From NCBI RefSeq assembly GCF_041248615.1, contig NZ_CP158426.1: a stretch of DNA of 64,000 nucleotides; one strand, 5' to 3'. Below are positions 41,941 through 54,352 of this stretch, piece after piece (the stretch's first letter is position 1; the number at the start of each line of letters is the position of its first letter). The stretch comes from Escherichia coli (lineage in GTDB: Bacteria; Pseudomonadota; Gammaproteobacteria; Enterobacterales; Enterobacteriaceae). Position numbers and translations under genes: made by a program. The notes beneath the pieces are model-generated. The model made no database searches and was not told where the DNA came from. It worked only from the letters and a program-made list of their open reading frames with translations.

Positions 41941-43191
41941 ATGGATGTCATGAGAAGTGTTCTGGGAATGGTGGTACTGCTGGCAATTGCATTTTTACTG
42001 TCAGTAAACAAGAAGAAGATCAGCCTGCGTACTGTCGGTGCGGCGCTGGTATTACAGGTCGTGATTGGCGGGATTATGCTTTGGTTACCGCCAGGGCGTT
42101 GGGTCGCAGAAAAAGTCGCTTTTGGCGTCCATAAAGTGATGGCGTACAGCGATGCAGGTAGCGCTTTTATCTTCGGTTCGCTGGTCGGGCCGAAAATGGA
42201 CACCTTATTTGATGGCGCAGGATTTATCTTTGGCTTCAGGGTATTACCGGCAATTATCTTCGTTACAGCACTGGTGAGTATTCTCTACTACATCGGTGTG
42301 ATGGGGATCTTAATTCGCATTCTCGGCGGTATATTCCAGAAAGCATTGAATATCAGCAAGATTGAGTCATTCGTCGCGGTCACTACCATTTTCCTCGGGC
42401 AAAACGAAATTCCGGCAATCGTCAAACCCTTTATCGATCGTCTGAATCGCAATGAATTATTTACAGCGATTTGTAGCGGGATGGCCTCGATTGCTGGTTC
42501 GACAATGATTGGTTACGCCGCACTGGGCGTGCCTGTGGAATATCTGCTGGCGGCATCGTTAATGGCGATCCCCGGCGGGATCTTGTTTGCCCGCCTGTTA
42601 AGCCCGGCTACGGAATCTTCGCAGGTTTCCTTTAATAACCTCTCTTTCACCGAAACACCGCCAAAAAGCATTATTGAAGCCGCCGCTACAGGGGCAATGA
42701 CCGGACTGAAAATCGCAGCAGGTGTGGCGACAGTGGTGATGGCATTTGTTGCAATAATTGCGTTGATTAACGGTATTATCGGCGGCGTTGGCGGCTGGTT
42801 TGGTTTTGAACATGCCTCGCTGGAGTCCATTTTAGGTTACCTGTTGGCCCCACTGGCGTGGGTGATGGGGGTTGACTGGAGTGATGCGAATCTTGCCGGA
42901 AGTTTGATTGGACAGAAGCTGGCAATAAATGAATTTGTCGCTTACCTCAATTTCTCACCTTATCTGCAAACAGCTGGCACTCTCGATGCTAAAACCGTGG
43001 CGATTATTTCCTTCGCGTTGTGCGGTTTCGCTAACTTTGGTTCTATCGGGGTGGTGGTTGGCGCATTTTCTGCGGTTGCGCCACACCGTGCACCGGAAAT
43101 CGCCCAGCTTGGTTTACGCGCGCTGGCGGCGGCGACACTTTCTAACCTGATGAGTGCCACCATTGCAGGATTCTTTATTGGCTTAGCGTAG
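41941..43191 (+). CDS. nupX: NupC-family nucleoside transporter NupX (paralog of psuT)
   Basis: 416-aa ORF, roughly 80% identical by eye to the psuT product. Confidence 0.92.
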   Translation: MDVMRSVLGMVVLLAIAFLLSVNKKKISLRTVGAALVLQVVIGGIMLWLPPGRWVAEKVAFGVHKVMAYSDAGSAFIFGSLVGPKMDTLFDGAGFIFGFRVLPAIIFVTALVSILYYIGVMGILIRILGGIFQKALNISKIESFVAVTTIFLGQNEIPAIVKPFIDRLNRNELFTAICSGMASIAGSTMIGYAALGVPVEYLLAASLMAIPGGILFARLLSPATESSQVSFNNLSFTETPPKSIIEAAATGAMTGLKIAAGVATVVMAFVAIIALINGIIGGVGGWFGFEHASLESILGYLLAPLAWVMGVDWSDANLAGSLIGQKLAINEFVAYLNFSPYLQTAGTLDAKTVAIISFALCGFANFGSIGVVVGAFSAVAPHRAPEIAQLGLRALAAATLSNLMSATIAGFFIGLA

Positions 43192-43203
43192 TGCGCGAGT
43201 TAT

Positions 43204-43241
43204 GAGCCGGATAAGATGTAGTCAAGCGTCGAATCCGGCAA
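43204..43241. repeat. REP-like palindromic element
   Basis: GAGCCGGATAAGATGTAGTCAAGCGTCGAATCCGGCAA. Confidence 0.7.
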
Positions 43242-43246
43242 CATTG

Positions 43247-44335
43247 TTACACCATCGGCACTAATGAAAGCGCGTTATCGGCAGACAGGGTAGGGTTGTT
43301 TAAGCTGCCGCTGGCGCGTGAAATTGCCGCGCAGGCCATCGCAAAACGGGCGCTGTCACGGAAATTGTTTCCCTCCAGAAAGCTATATACCAGGCCCGCC
43401 ATAAAACCATCGTCAGCACCAAAACTGTCTACTGTCGTATGCGCTGGCGCTGTCAGCAAAAATTGCTCTCCATTCTTTTCGCTGCAATAAACTGACTCAT
43501 CGGGCAAATAAACAAACAGTTGCTGAACGCCTTGCTGATGCAACGCATTCACTGCGGTATTACGGTCAGCATCGCTGGTGATCGCCTGTCCCCATAAAAT
43601 TTCCAGCTCCGGTAAAGTGGGTTTCAGGGTGTGAATATGCGCCAGCCAGTGTTTGATTTTGCCCGCTTTGAATTCTGAAACGGTATCGACAAACACCGGG
43701 ATTTCATCAGCGAGGGTAAAGACCCACTCCAGCGCCTCGGCTGTCAGGTTGCAATCAGCCAGTACCACGCCCGCATGACGAAGTAAATCGCGCGACCCGT
43801 TCAGTAGTTGCGGTGTCAACTGATCCAGCAGATGGGTATCGTTAATCGCCAGCACGATTTGATCGTCTCGATTGGCAATTGCCAGATACGTCGATGTGCT
43901 TTGACCATGTAAACGAACGCAGCCGGAGACATTCACGCCGGCGCGGCGCGTTTCTTCCAGGAGCATTTCGCCATAAAAGTCATCGCCAATCACTGAAAGC
44001 AAATGGACGTCGCGGCCTAACAGCGCCAGATTGTGGGCGATATTGCGTCCAACGCCGCCTGCCGAGCAATGAATTGTACCGGGATGAGAAGCCGCTTGCG
44101 GGTAACGGATATCCGCCATCCCGCGAATATCCATATTGATTGTCCCCACCACTACGCAGTATTCCTGCTCGGTGAGAATGTAACCTTTGCCTTTAATCCG
44201 GCCTTTGCGCATTAAATCCATAATATGCGCCGCAACGCGCGAACGGCTGATTTGCAGCATATCCGCAATTTCGTTCTGCTGAATCAGCGGGTTACGCCGT
44301 AAAATTGCAAGGATCTCCTTCTCCCGGTTGTTCAT
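43247..44335 (-). CDS. yeiI: HTH + pfkB-family sugar/nucleoside kinase-like protein YeiI
   Basis: 362 aa; N-terminal ~60-aa HTH-like segment, then pfkB domain homologous to PsuK (GGVGRNIA, HTLKP). Confidence 0.9.
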   Translation of the reverse strand: MNNREKEILAILRRNPLIQQNEIADMLQISRSRVAAHIMDLMRKGRIKGKGYILTEQEYCVVVGTINMDIRGMADIRYPQAASHPGTIHCSAGGVGRNIAHNLALLGRDVHLLSVIGDDFYGEMLLEETRRAGVNVSGCVRLHGQSTSTYLAIANRDDQIVLAINDTHLLDQLTPQLLNGSRDLLRHAGVVLADCNLTAEALEWVFTLADEIPVFVDTVSEFKAGKIKHWLAHIHTLKPTLPELEILWGQAITSDADRNTAVNALHQQGVQQLFVYLPDESVYCSEKNGEQFLLTAPAHTTVDSFGADDGFMAGLVYSFLEGNNFRDSARFAMACAAISRASGSLNNPTLSADNALSLVPMV

Positions 44336-44337
44336 CT

Positions 44338-45195
44338 TCAGGCTACCGCTTTTTCAGTTTGTTGCGCTTTCAGCCAGGCGATCTCTTCTGCCCAGATATC
44401 CGGGTTGATGGTTTCAAGGATCAGCGGAATGCCGTCGAAACGGTCGTCCTGCATGATCCAGCGGAACGCATCATGACCGATATTGCCTTCACCGAGGCTA
44501 TGATGGCGGTCAACGCGGCTGCCAAAGGTGCTTTTCGCATCGTTAAGGTGCATCCCGCGCAGATACTTAAAGCCGACAATACGGGCAAAATCCGCGAACG
44601 TTTTCTCGCATTCGGCTGGAGTACGCAAATCATACCCGGCAGCAAAAGCATGGCAGGTATCAATGCAGACGCCGACGCGGGATTTATCTTCCACGCCGTC
44701 GATAATCGCCGCGAGATGTTCGAATTTAAACCCTAAGTTACTGCCCTGACCGGCGGTGTTTTCAATCACCGCTGTCACACCTTGAGTTTTATCCAGCGCA
44801 ATGTTGATGGATTCGGCAATACGCGCAAGGCAATCCTCTTCTGAAATCTGCATCAGATGGCTGCCAGGGTGGAAGTTGAGCAAAGAAAGCCCCAGCTGTT
44901 CGCAACGCTGCATTTCATCTATAAACGCATCGCGCGATTTTTCCAGAGCTTCAGCGACCGGATGTCCGAGGTTAATCAGATAACTGTCGTGGGGAAGAAT
45001 TTGCGCCGATGTGTAGTGATATTTTTCACAGGCGGCTTTGAATTCATCGATGGTTTGCGTCGTGAGCGGTGCGGCACGCCACTGACGTTGGTTTTTGGTG
45101 AACAAGGCAAACGCGGTTGCGTCGATTTCAGCGGCGCGAATTGCGGCATTTGCCAGACCGCCAGCAGCACTAACGTGCGCTCCAATGTATTTCAT
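44338..45195 (-). CDS. nfo: Endonuclease IV
   Basis: 285-aa [16 protein letters not shown]... Confidence 0.95.
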   Translation of the reverse strand: MKYIGAHVSAAGGLANAAIRAAEIDATAFALFTKNQRQWRAAPLTTQTIDEFKAACEKYHYTSAQILPHDSYLINLGHPVAEALEKSRDAFIDEMQRCEQLGLSLLNFHPGSHLMQISEEDCLARIAESINIALDKTQGVTAVIENTAGQGSNLGFKFEHLAAIIDGVEDKSRVGVCIDTCHAFAAGYDLRTPAECEKTFADFARIVGFKYLRGMHLNDAKSTFGSRVDRHHSLGEGNIGHDAFRWIMQDDRFDGIPLILETINPDIWAEEIAWLKAQQTEKAVA

Positions 45196-45268
45196 GCGAG
45201 GACTCCTGTTAAACCCGCTGGAGGAAAACGGTAATGATAGCGGGTTAACAGGAGCAAGATGTAGTGGT

Positions 45269-46318
45269 TTATGCGATGACGCTTTGAATCACATAGTTAA
45301 TCGCACCACCACCAACAATCAGCCAGGCAAACAGTACCAGTGCCATCAGCAGAGGTTTCGCCCCGGCTTTTTTCAGTGCGCTGACGTGAGTGGTCAGACC
45401 CAGCGCCGCCATCGCCATTGCCAGCAGGAAGGTATCCAGCGTTACCAGCATGTTCACCACGCTCTGCGGTAACAGGTGGAACGAGTTAAAGATGGCAACT
45501 ACGATGAACAAGATGGCAAACCACGGAATAGTGATTTTGCTTTTCTCGCCGCTGTTCGCCCCAGACAGCTGTTTAACACGCGCCGCCAGCAGGATGAGGA
45601 ACGGAGCCAGCATCATCACGCGCAGCATTTTGGAAATAACTGCTGCGTTTTCCGCATCCGGGCTGATGGCATGACCTGCCGCCACCACCTGCGCCACTTC
45701 GTGCACAGTAGAACCAATGTAGATACCGAAAGTTTCCGGACTAAACCATTGAGACATCAGCGGATATATCGCCGGGTAGAGGAAAATCGCCACGGTCCCG
45801 AAGATAACAACGGTTGCAACAGCCACGGTTACTTTACTGGCTTCCGCTTTCACTACCGGCTCAGTCGCCAGTACCGCGGCAGCACCACAGATACTGCTAC
45901 CGGCACCGATCAACCAGCTGGTGTGCTTATCCAGACCAAACACTTTCTGCCCCAGGAAGCAAGCCAGCAGGAAGGTACTGGACAGCGTCAGCACGTCAAT
46001 GATGATCCCACTGATACCGACATCGGCAATTTGCGAGAACGTCAGACGGAAGCCATAAAGAATGATACCCAGACGTAATAAATATTGCTTGGCAAACAGC
46101 ACACCACCGTCACAGCTTTTCCAGATGTGCGGATAGATGGTGTTGCCTAAAACCATCCCCAACAAGATTGCGAGGGTGAGGGCACTAAACCCGGCACCCG
46201 CAACCGCGGGAATGGAACCACCCCACAGGGCGACCCCGGTGATAACTGCACTCAGGGCTAACCCCGGAATAAAATGCCACAGTGTACGATGTTGTTTCTG
46301 TAAGGTGATATTCGTCAT
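45269..46318 (-). CDS. yeiH: UPF0324 inner-membrane protein YeiH
   Basis: 349-aa polytopic ORF, divergent from yeiE. Confidence 0.9.
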   Translation of the reverse strand: MTNITLQKQHRTLWHFIPGLALSAVITGVALWGGSIPAVAGAGFSALTLAILLGMVLGNTIYPHIWKSCDGGVLFAKQYLLRLGIILYGFRLTFSQIADVGISGIIIDVLTLSSTFLLACFLGQKVFGLDKHTSWLIGAGSSICGAAAVLATEPVVKAEASKVTVAVATVVIFGTVAIFLYPAIYPLMSQWFSPETFGIYIGSTVHEVAQVVAAGHAISPDAENAAVISKMLRVMMLAPFLILLAARVKQLSGANSGEKSKITIPWFAILFIVVAIFNSFHLLPQSVVNMLVTLDTFLLAMAMAALGLTTHVSALKKAGAKPLLMALVLFAWLIVGGGAINYVIQSVIA

Positions 46319-46416
46319 AACCCTCTCCTTTAACCGGGCATAAGGTTACGACTAACTGGTTTAAAAATAAAATTGATTATATATTTATAATTAATCTTTA
46401 TAAGTGGTAAGCGACT

Positions 46417-47298
46417 ATGCACATCACCCTCCGGCAGTTGGAAGTTTTTGCAGAAGTATTGAAAAGTGGATCAACCACCCAGGCGTCGGTGATGCTGGCG
46501 TTGTCGCAATCAGCAGTGAGCGCAGCCTTGACCGACCTGGAAGGGCAGCTTGGCGTGCAACTGTTTGATCGCGTGGGGAAAAGACTGGTAGTTAATGAAC
46601 ACGGGCGACTGCTCTATCCGCGTGCGTTGGCACTGCTTGAACAGGCGATCGAAATCGAACAACTGTTTCGCGAAGACAACGGTGCGATTCGTATCTATGC
46701 CAGTAGTACCATCGGTAACTACATTCTGCCTGCAGTCATTGCCCGTTATCGCCATGATTATCCGCAGTTGCCGATTGAACTTAGCGTTGGGAACAGCCAG
46801 GACGTGATGCAAGCGGTGCTGGATTTCCGCGTTGATATTGGCTTTATTGAAGGACCGTGCCACAGCACTGAAATCATTTCTGAACCGTGGCTGGAAGACG
46901 AGCTGGTGGTTTTCGCCGCGCCGACTTCGCCATTGGCTCGTGGTCCGGTCACCTTAGAACAGCTGGCCGCTGCGCCGTGGATCCTGCGTGAACGCGGCTC
47001 CGGCACGCGGGAGATTGTCGATTATCTGTTGCTGTCACATTTACCGAAGTTTGAGATGGCGATGGAATTAGGTAACTCCGAGGCAATCAAACATGCGGTG
47101 CGTCATGGGTTGGGAATTAGTTGCCTGTCGCGGCGGGTGATTGAAGATCAATTGCAGGCAGGCACATTAAGTGAAGTTGCGGTCCCTCTGCCGCACCTGA
47201 TGCGTACGTTGTGGCGTATACATCATCGGCAAAAACACCTTTCCAACGCGCTACGGCGCTTTCTGGACTATTGCGATCCCGCGAATGTACCGCGTTAA
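46417..47298 (+). CDS. yeiE: LysR-type transcriptional regulator YeiE
   Basis: 293 aa; N-terminal HTH. Confidence 0.92.
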   Translation: MHITLRQLEVFAEVLKSGSTTQASVMLALSQSAVSAALTDLEGQLGVQLFDRVGKRLVVNEHGRLLYPRALALLEQAIEIEQLFREDNGAIRIYASSTIGNYILPAVIARYRHDYPQLPIELSVGNSQDVMQAVLDFRVDIGFIEGPCHSTEIISEPWLEDELVVFAAPTSPLARGPVTLEQLAAAPWILRERGSGTREIVDYLLLSHLPKFEMAMELGNSEAIKHAVRHGLGISCLSRRVIEDQLQAGTLSEVAVPLPHLMRTLWRIHHRQKHLSNALRRFLDYCDPANVPR

Positions 47299-47502
47299 GT
47301 TGCTGTACAAGAACATGCTGGTGCTGTGTCGATTTCGTGACGCAGCGCCCTCAGCATGCATTCGCCAGAAAAGAGATTGGCTGCTTTACTTATAATCCCT
47401 GGGCGATCATGAAGGTGTCTTATAACCGTGTATTTCTGCCGGAAGGATTGCCAATCGTCTGCTACAATCGCGCCTCATTTTTAAGATGGATAGCATTTTT
47501 GT

Positions 47503-48972
47503 ATGGGTTCCGAAACTAAAACTACAGAAGCGCCGGGCTTACGCCGTGAATTAAAGGCGCGTCACCTGACGATGATTGCCATTGGCGGTTCCATCGGTAC
47601 AGGTCTTTTTGTTGCCTCTGGCGCAACGATTTCTCAGGCAGGTCCGGGCGGGGCATTGCTCTCGTATATGTTGATTGGCCTGATGGTTTACTTCCTGATG
47701 ACCAGTCTCGGTGAACTGGCTGCATATATGCCGGTTTCCGGTTCGTTTGCCACTTATGGTCAGAACTATGTTGAAGAAGGCTTTGGCTTCGCGCTGGGCT
47801 GGAACTACTGGTACAACTGGGCGGTGACTATCGCCGTTGACCTGGTTGCAGCTCAGCTGGTCATGAGCTGGTGGTTCCCGGATACACCGGGCTGGATCTG
47901 GAGTGCGCTGTTCCTCGGCGTTATCTTCCTGCTGAACTACATCTCAGTTCGTGGCTTTGGTGAAGCGGAATACTGGTTCTCACTGATCAAAGTCACGACA
48001 GTTATTGTCTTTATCATCGTTGGCGTGCTGATGATTATCGGTATCTTCAAAGGCGCGCAGCCTGCGGGCTGGAGCAACTGGACAATCGGCGAAGCGCCGT
48101 TTGCTGGTGGTTTTGCGGCGATGATCGGCGTAGCTATGATTGTCGGCTTCTCTTTCCAGGGAACCGAGCTGATCGGTATTGCTGCAGGCGAGTCCGAAGA
48201 TCCGGCGAAAAACATTCCACGCGCGGTACGTCAGGTGTTCTGGCGAATCCTGTTGTTCTATGTGTTCGCGATCCTGATTATCAGCCTGATTATTCCGTAC
48301 ACCGATCCGAGCCTGCTGCGTAACGATGTTAAAGACATCAGCGTTAGTCCGTTCACCCTGGTGTTCCAGCACGCGGGTCTGCTCTCTGCGGCGGCGGTGA
48401 TGAACGCAGTTATTCTGACGGCGGTGCTGTCAGCGGGTAACTCCGGTATGTATGCGTCTACTCGTATGCTGTACACCCTGGCGTGTGACGGTAAAGCGCC
48501 GCGCATTTTCGCTAAACTGTCGCGTGGTGGCGTGCCGCGTAATGCGCTGTATGCGACGACGGTGATTGCCGGTCTGTGCTTCCTGACCTCCATGTTTGGC
48601 AACCAGACGGTATACCTGTGGCTGCTGAACACCTCCGGGATGACCGGTTTTATCGCCTGGCTGGGGATTGCCATTAGCCACTATCGCTTCCGTCGCGGTT
48701 ACGTATTGCAGGGACACGACATTAACGATCTGCCGTACCGTTCAGGTTTCTTCCCACTGGGGCCGATCTTCGCATTCATTCTGTGTCTGATTATCACTTT
48801 GGGCCAGAACTACGAAGCGTTCCTGAAAGATACCATTGACTGGGGCGGCGTAGCGGCAACGTATATTGGTATCCCGCTGTTCCTGATTATTTGGTTCGGC
48901 TACAAGCTGATTAAAGGAACTCACTTCGTACGCTACAGCGAAATGAAGTTCCCGCAGAACGATAAGAAATAA
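47503..48972 (+). CDS. lysP: Lysine-specific permease LysP (APC family)
   Basis: 489-aa polytopic ORF. Confidence 0.94.
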   Translation: MGSETKTTEAPGLRRELKARHLTMIAIGGSIGTGLFVASGATISQAGPGGALLSYMLIGLMVYFLMTSLGELAAYMPVSGSFATYGQNYVEEGFGFALGWNYWYNWAVTIAVDLVAAQLVMSWWFPDTPGWIWSALFLGVIFLLNYISVRGFGEAEYWFSLIKVTTVIVFIIVGVLMIIGIFKGAQPAGWSNWTIGEAPFAGGFAAMIGVAMIVGFSFQGTELIGIAAGESEDPAKNIPRAVRQVFWRILLFYVFAILIISLIIPYTDPSLLRNDVKDISVSPFTLVFQHAGLLSAAAVMNAVILTAVLSAGNSGMYASTRMLYTLACDGKAPRIFAKLSRGGVPRNALYATTVIAGLCFLTSMFGNQTVYLWLLNTSGMTGFIAWLGIAISHYRFRRGYVLQGHDINDLPYRSGFFPLGPIFAFILCLIITLGQNYEAFLKDTIDWGGVAATYIGIPLFLIIWFGYKLIKGTHFVRYSEMKFPQNDKK

Positions 48973-48992
48973 GTTTCCTCCCTTCCTTGCTA

Positions 48993-49018
48993 AGCCCTCT
49001 CAACCGAGAGGGCTTTTT
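48993..49018 (+). terminator. Intrinsic terminator after lysP
   Basis: AGCCCTCTCAACCGAGAGGGCTTTTT. Confidence 0.85.
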
Positions 49019-49065
49019 CAATTCCATTTCCCTGACAAATCATGCGGATATAAAATTTAACATTT

Positions 49066-49098
49066 GGATTGATAATTGTTATCGTTTGCATTATCGTT
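49066..49098. promoter_or_regulatory. Fur box(es) in cirA promoter
   Basis: TGGATTGATAATTGTTATCGTTTGCATTATCGTT, overlapping GATAAT-type hexamers. Confidence 0.7.
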
Positions 49099-49263
49099 AC
49101 GCCGCAATCAAAAAAGGCTGACAAATCAGAGGCTGTTCCGGCTTTCTGGGATGATCACCTGCATACAAATAAGTCCACCGCGATGCTGCCGTACGCAAGG
49201 GGACGTAAAGAAGATGTGAGCGATACCCATTTTATTTTCGTAGTTACCTCATGGAGATATGGA

Positions 49264-51243
49264 ATGTTTAGGTTGAACCCTTTCGTACGGGTCGGGCTGT
49301 GTTTGTCCGCTATTTCTTGTGCATGGCCTGTGTTAGCGGTCGATGATGATAGCGAAACGATGGTTGTCACTGCATCTTCCGTTGAACAAAACCTTAAAGA
49401 TGCACCTGCCAGTATCAGCGTCATTACCCAGGAAGACCTGCAGCGAAAACCGGTACAGAATCTGAAGGATGTCCTCAAAGAAGTGCCTGGCGTACAACTG
49501 ACGAACGAAGGGGATAACCGTAAGGGCGTTAGTATTCGTGGTCTGGACAGCAGCTACACCCTGATTCTCGTCGACGGTAAACGCGTTAACTCCCGCAATG
49601 CCGTCTTCCGCCACAATGATTTCGATCTGAACTGGATCCCGGTCGATTCCATCGAACGTATTGAAGTGGTTCGTGGCCCGATGTCGTCGCTGTACGGCTC
49701 CGATGCGCTCGGCGGTGTAGTGAATATCATCACCAAAAAAATCGGTCAGAAATGGTCGGGTACCGTTACCGTCGATACCACCATTCAGGAACATCGCGAT
49801 CGCGGTGATACCTATAACGGTCAGTTCTTTACCAGTGGACCATTAATTGATGGTGTGCTGGGAATGAAAGCTTACGGCAGCCTGGCAAAACGTGAAAAGG
49901 ATGACCCGCAAAACTCAACGACCACCGATACCGGAGAAACGCCGCGTATTGAAGGATTCTCCAGCCGCGACGGCAATGTCGAATTTGCCTGGACACCGAA
50001 TCAAAATCACGATTTTACTGCCGGATACGGTTTCGACCGTCAGGATCGTGATTCCGACTCGCTGGACAAAAACCGCCTGGAACGCCAGAACTACTCCGTC
50101 AGCCATAATGGTCGTTGGGATTACGGCACCAGCGAACTGAAATACTACGGTGAGAAAGTCGAGAACAAAAACCCTGGCAACAGCAGCCCGATAACTTCCG
50201 AAAGCAATACGGTCGACGGCAAATACACGTTGCCGCTGACGGCGATTAATCAGTTTCTCACGGTTGGCGGTGAATGGCGTCACGACAAACTTAGCGATGC
50301 GGTGAACCTGACCGGGGGAACCAGCTCCAAAACATCTGCCAGCCAGTACGCGCTATTTGTTGAAGATGAATGGCGGATCTTCGAGCCGCTGGCGCTGACG
50401 ACCGGCGTGCGTATGGACGATCACGAAACCTACGGTGAACACTGGAGTCCGCGTGCCTACCTGGTTTATAACGCCACCGACACCGTAACGGTGAAAGGGG
50501 GCTGGGCGACGGCATTTAAAGCACCTTCTCTGTTGCAACTTAGCCCTGACTGGACGAGCAATTCCTGCCGTGGCGCATGTAAGATTGTGGGTAGCCCGGA
50601 TCTGAAACCAGAAACCAGCGAAAGTTGGGAACTGGGGCTTTACTACATGGGCGAAGAAGGCTGGCTGGAAGGGGTGGAATCCAGCGTGACCGTTTTCCGT
50701 AACGATGTGAAAGATCGTATCAGCATCAGCCGTACGTCTGACGTCAACGCTGCACCGGGCTACCAAAACTTTGTTGGTTTTACAGCGAACGGTGTGCCGG
50801 TATTTAGCTACTACAACGTTAACAAAGCACGTATTCAGGGCGTGGAAACCGAACTGAAAATTCCGTTCAACGATGAATGGAAACTGTCGATCAACTACAC
50901 CTACAACGATGGTCGTGATGTCAGCAACGGCGAAAACAAACCGCTATCCGATCTGCCGTTCCATACTGCTAACGGTACGCTGGACTGGAAACCGCTGGCA
51001 CTGGAAGACTGGTCATTCTATGTTTCTGGTCACTATACCGGGCAGAAACGAGCCGACAGCGCGACGGCTAAAACACCGGGCGGTTATACCATCTGGAATA
51101 CCGGCGCGGCCTGGCAGGTGACTAAAGACGTCAAACTGCGCGCAGGCGTGCTGAACCTTGGCGACAAGGATCTCAGTCGTGACGACTACAGCTATAACGA
51201 AGACGGACGTCGTTACTTTATGGCAGTGGATTATCGCTTCTGA
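49264..51243 (+). CDS. cirA: TonB-dependent catecholate siderophore/colicin I receptor CirA
   Basis: ATG at 49264 ([25 protein letters not shown] signal peptide); TonB-box region; terminal F. Confidence 0.92.
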   Translation: MFRLNPFVRVGLCLSAISCAWPVLAVDDDSETMVVTASSVEQNLKDAPASISVITQEDLQRKPVQNLKDVLKEVPGVQLTNEGDNRKGVSIRGLDSSYTLILVDGKRVNSRNAVFRHNDFDLNWIPVDSIERIEVVRGPMSSLYGSDALGGVVNIITKKIGQKWSGTVTVDTTIQEHRDRGDTYNGQFFTSGPLIDGVLGMKAYGSLAKREKDDPQNSTTTDTGETPRIEGFSSRDGNVEFAWTPNQNHDFTAGYGFDRQDRDSDSLDKNRLERQNYSVSHNGRWDYGTSELKYYGEKVENKNPGNSSPITSESNTVDGKYTLPLTAINQFLTVGGEWRHDKLSDAVNLTGGTSSKTSASQYALFVEDEWRIFEPLALTTGVRMDDHETYGEHWSPRAYLVYNATDTVTVKGGWATAFKAPSLLQLSPDWTSNSCRGACKIVGSPDLKPETSESWELGLYYMGEEGWLEGVESSVTVFRNDVKDRISISRTSDVNAAPGYQNFVGFTANGVPVFSYYNVNKARIQGVETELKIPFNDEWKLSINYTYNDGRDVSNGENKPLSDLPFHTANGTLDWKPLALEDWSFYVSGHYTGQKRADSATAKTPGGYTIWNTGAAWQVTKDVKLRAGVLNLGDKDLSRDDYSYNEDGRRYFMAVDYRF

Positions 51244-51252
51244 TGAGAAGAT

Positions 51253-51268
51253 GCCCGGCGAACCGGGC
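51253..51268. terminator. Hairpin between convergent cirA and yeiG
   Basis: GCCCGGCGAACCGGGC; no clear U-tract. Confidence 0.45.
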
Positions 51269-51274
51269 GGACTT

Positions 51275-52144
<870 letters not shown>

Positions 52145-52368
52145 TCATCATACCGTTTATTCAATGTGCTGTGAGTAACTTTCACTTCCGTATTTGCATA
52201 ACGATGTTTTAACATCTGCTGATGAAAGGCAGCGGCAATTACAATAATTATCGCTGTGAATACTGGATTATGTGCGCCGCCTCACGCACAATAATCAGGC
52301 TGTAAATCAGCTTAATAACTTTGCCCCCACGCAGGGCGGAGGCGTCACACCTGCAGGAGAAATCATAA

Positions 52369-53037
52369 ATGCCATCACTCAGTAAAGAAGCGGCCCTGGT
52401 TCATGAAGCGTTAGTTGCGCGAGGACTGGAAACACCGCTGCGCCCGCCCGTGCATGAAATGGATAACGAAACGCGCAAAAGCCTTATTGCTGGTCATATG
52501 ACCGAAATCATGCAGCTGCTGAATCTCGACCTGGCTGATGACAGTTTGATGGAAACGCCGCATCGCATCGCTAAAATGTATGTCGATGAAATTTTCTCCG
52601 GTCTGGATTACGCCAATTTCCCGAAAATCACCCTCATTGAAAACAAAATGAAGGTCGATGAAATGGTCACCGTGCGCGATATCACCCTGACCAGCACCTG
52701 TGAACACCATTTTGTTACCATAGATGGCAAAGCGACGGTGGCTTATATCCCGAAAGATTCGGTGATCGGTCTGTCAAAAATTAACCGCATCGTGCAGTTC
52801 TTTGCCCAGCGTCCGCAGGTGCAGGAACGTCTGACCCAGCAAATTCTCATTGCGCTACAAACGCTGCTGGGCACCAATAACGTGGCTGTCTCTATCGACG
52901 CGGTGCATTACTGCGTGAAAGCGCGTGGCATCCGCGACGCAACCAGTGCCACAACAACGACCTCTCTTGGTGGATTGTTCAAATCCAGTCAGAATACGCG
53001 CCACGAATTTCTGCGCGCTGTGCGTCATCACAACTGA
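52369..53037 (+). CDS. folE: GTP cyclohydrolase I
   Basis: 222-aa ORF. Confidence 0.94.
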
Positions 53038-53053
53038 TTAAAAGGCAGGAACC

Positions 53054-54211
53054 ATGGAGCGCAACGTCACGCTCGATTTTGTTCGCGGCGTCGCCATTCT
53101 GGGGATCCTGCTATTAAACATCAGCGCCTTTGGGCTACCAAAGGCGGCTTATCTCAATCCCGCCTGGTACGGCGCTATTACGCCGCAGGATGCATGGACC
53201 TGGGCATTTCTCGATCTCATCGGCCAGGTGAAATTCCTCACGCTTTTTGCGCTGCTGTTTGGTGCGGGCCTGCAAATGTTGCTGCCCCGTGGCAGACGCT
53301 GGATCCAGTCGCGGTTAACGCTGTTAGTCTTGCTGGGCTTTATTCACGGTTTATTGTTCTGGGACGGCGATATTCTGCTGGCTTACGGGCTGGTGGGCTT
53401 AATCTGCTGGCGGTTGGTGCGCGATGCGCCATCAGTAAAAAGCCTGTTTAATACCGGCGTAATGCTTTATCTGGTGGGGCTTGGCGTTTTGCTGTTATTG
53501 GGGCTGATTTCCGACAGCCAGACCAGCCGCGCCTGGACGCCGGATGCATCGGCTATTTTGTATGAAAAATACTGGAAGCTTCACGGCGGCGTTGAAGCGA
53601 TCAGTAATCGTGCCGACGGTGTTGGTAACAGTTTACTGGCACTGGGCGCACAGTATGGCTGGCAACTGGCAGGGATGATGCTCATTGGTGCGGCGTTGAT
53701 GCGCAGCGGCTGGCTGAAAGGGCAGTTCAGCTTACGTCACTATCGTCGTACTGGTTTTGTGCTGGTGGCGATTGGGGTGACCATTAACCTTCCTGCCATC
53801 GCCCTGCAATGGCAGCTGGACTGGGCGTATCGCTGGTGTGCCTTCTTACTTCAAATGCCGCGGGAACTGAGTGCGCCGTTTCAGGCGATTGGCTATGCGT
53901 CGCTGTTTTATGGCTTCTGGCCGCAATTAAGCCGCTTTAAGCTGGTGCTTGCGATCGCCTGCGTCGGACGGATGGCGCTGACCAACTATCTATTGCAAAC
54001 GCTGATTTGTACCACGCTTTTTTACCACCTCGGTTTGTTTATGCATTTTGACCGCCTGGAGCTGCTGGCGTTTGTTATTCCGGTATGGCTGGCGAATATC
54101 CTCTTCTCTGTTATCTGGCTGCGTTACTTCCGCCAGGGGCCGGTGGAATGGCTCTGGCGTCAGTTAACTTTGCGTGCTGCCGGACCGGCAATATCTAAAA
54201 CATCAAGATAA
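53054..54211 (+). CDS. yeiB: DUF418-family inner-membrane protein YeiB
   Basis: 385-aa polytopic ORF. Confidence 0.9.
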   Translation: MERNVTLDFVRGVAILGILLLNISAFGLPKAAYLNPAWYGAITPQDAWTWAFLDLIGQVKFLTLFALLFGAGLQMLLPRGRRWIQSRLTLLVLLGFIHGLLFWDGDILLAYGLVGLICWRLVRDAPSVKSLFNTGVMLYLVGLGVLLLLGLISDSQTSRAWTPDASAILYEKYWKLHGGVEAISNRADGVGNSLLALGAQYGWQLAGMMLIGAALMRSGWLKGQFSLRHYRRTGFVLVAIGVTINLPAIALQWQLDWAYRWCAFLLQMPRELSAPFQAIGYASLFYGFWPQLSRFKLVLAIACVGRMALTNYLLQTLICTTLFYHLGLFMHFDRLELLAFVIPVWLANILFSVIWLRYFRQGPVEWLWRQLTLRAAGPAISKTSR

Positions 54212-54242
54212 CGATCTGGATCACATTCGTTAACAAAATGGC

Positions 54243-54276
54243 TGTAACCGTTTCCATTGCTGTGACTCGATTCACG
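54243..54276. promoter_or_regulatory. GalR/GalS-type operator-like palindromes upstream of galS
   Basis: TGTAACCGTTTCCA and GTGACTCGATTCAC. Confidence 0.5.
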
Positions 54277-54352
54277 AAGTCCTGTATTCAGTGCTGACAA
54301 AATAGCCGCCAGCAAGCAGTCATTTACTGCAATCTCATAACAGGTAGTGAAT

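Noticed and set aside
45476-46078. 200-aa plus-strand ORF antisense to yeiH
   Set aside because: Embedded in yeiH on the opposite strand; biased composition and no start-site context.
49069-49263. 65-codon N-terminal extension of cirA from an upstream ATG
   Set aside because: The upstream ATG lies inside the Fur-box/promoter sequence and the extension has no signal-peptide character; a canonical signal peptide begins at the ATG at 49264. The resulting 659 codons is four fewer than my recollection of CirA (663), which I cannot resolve without a reference.
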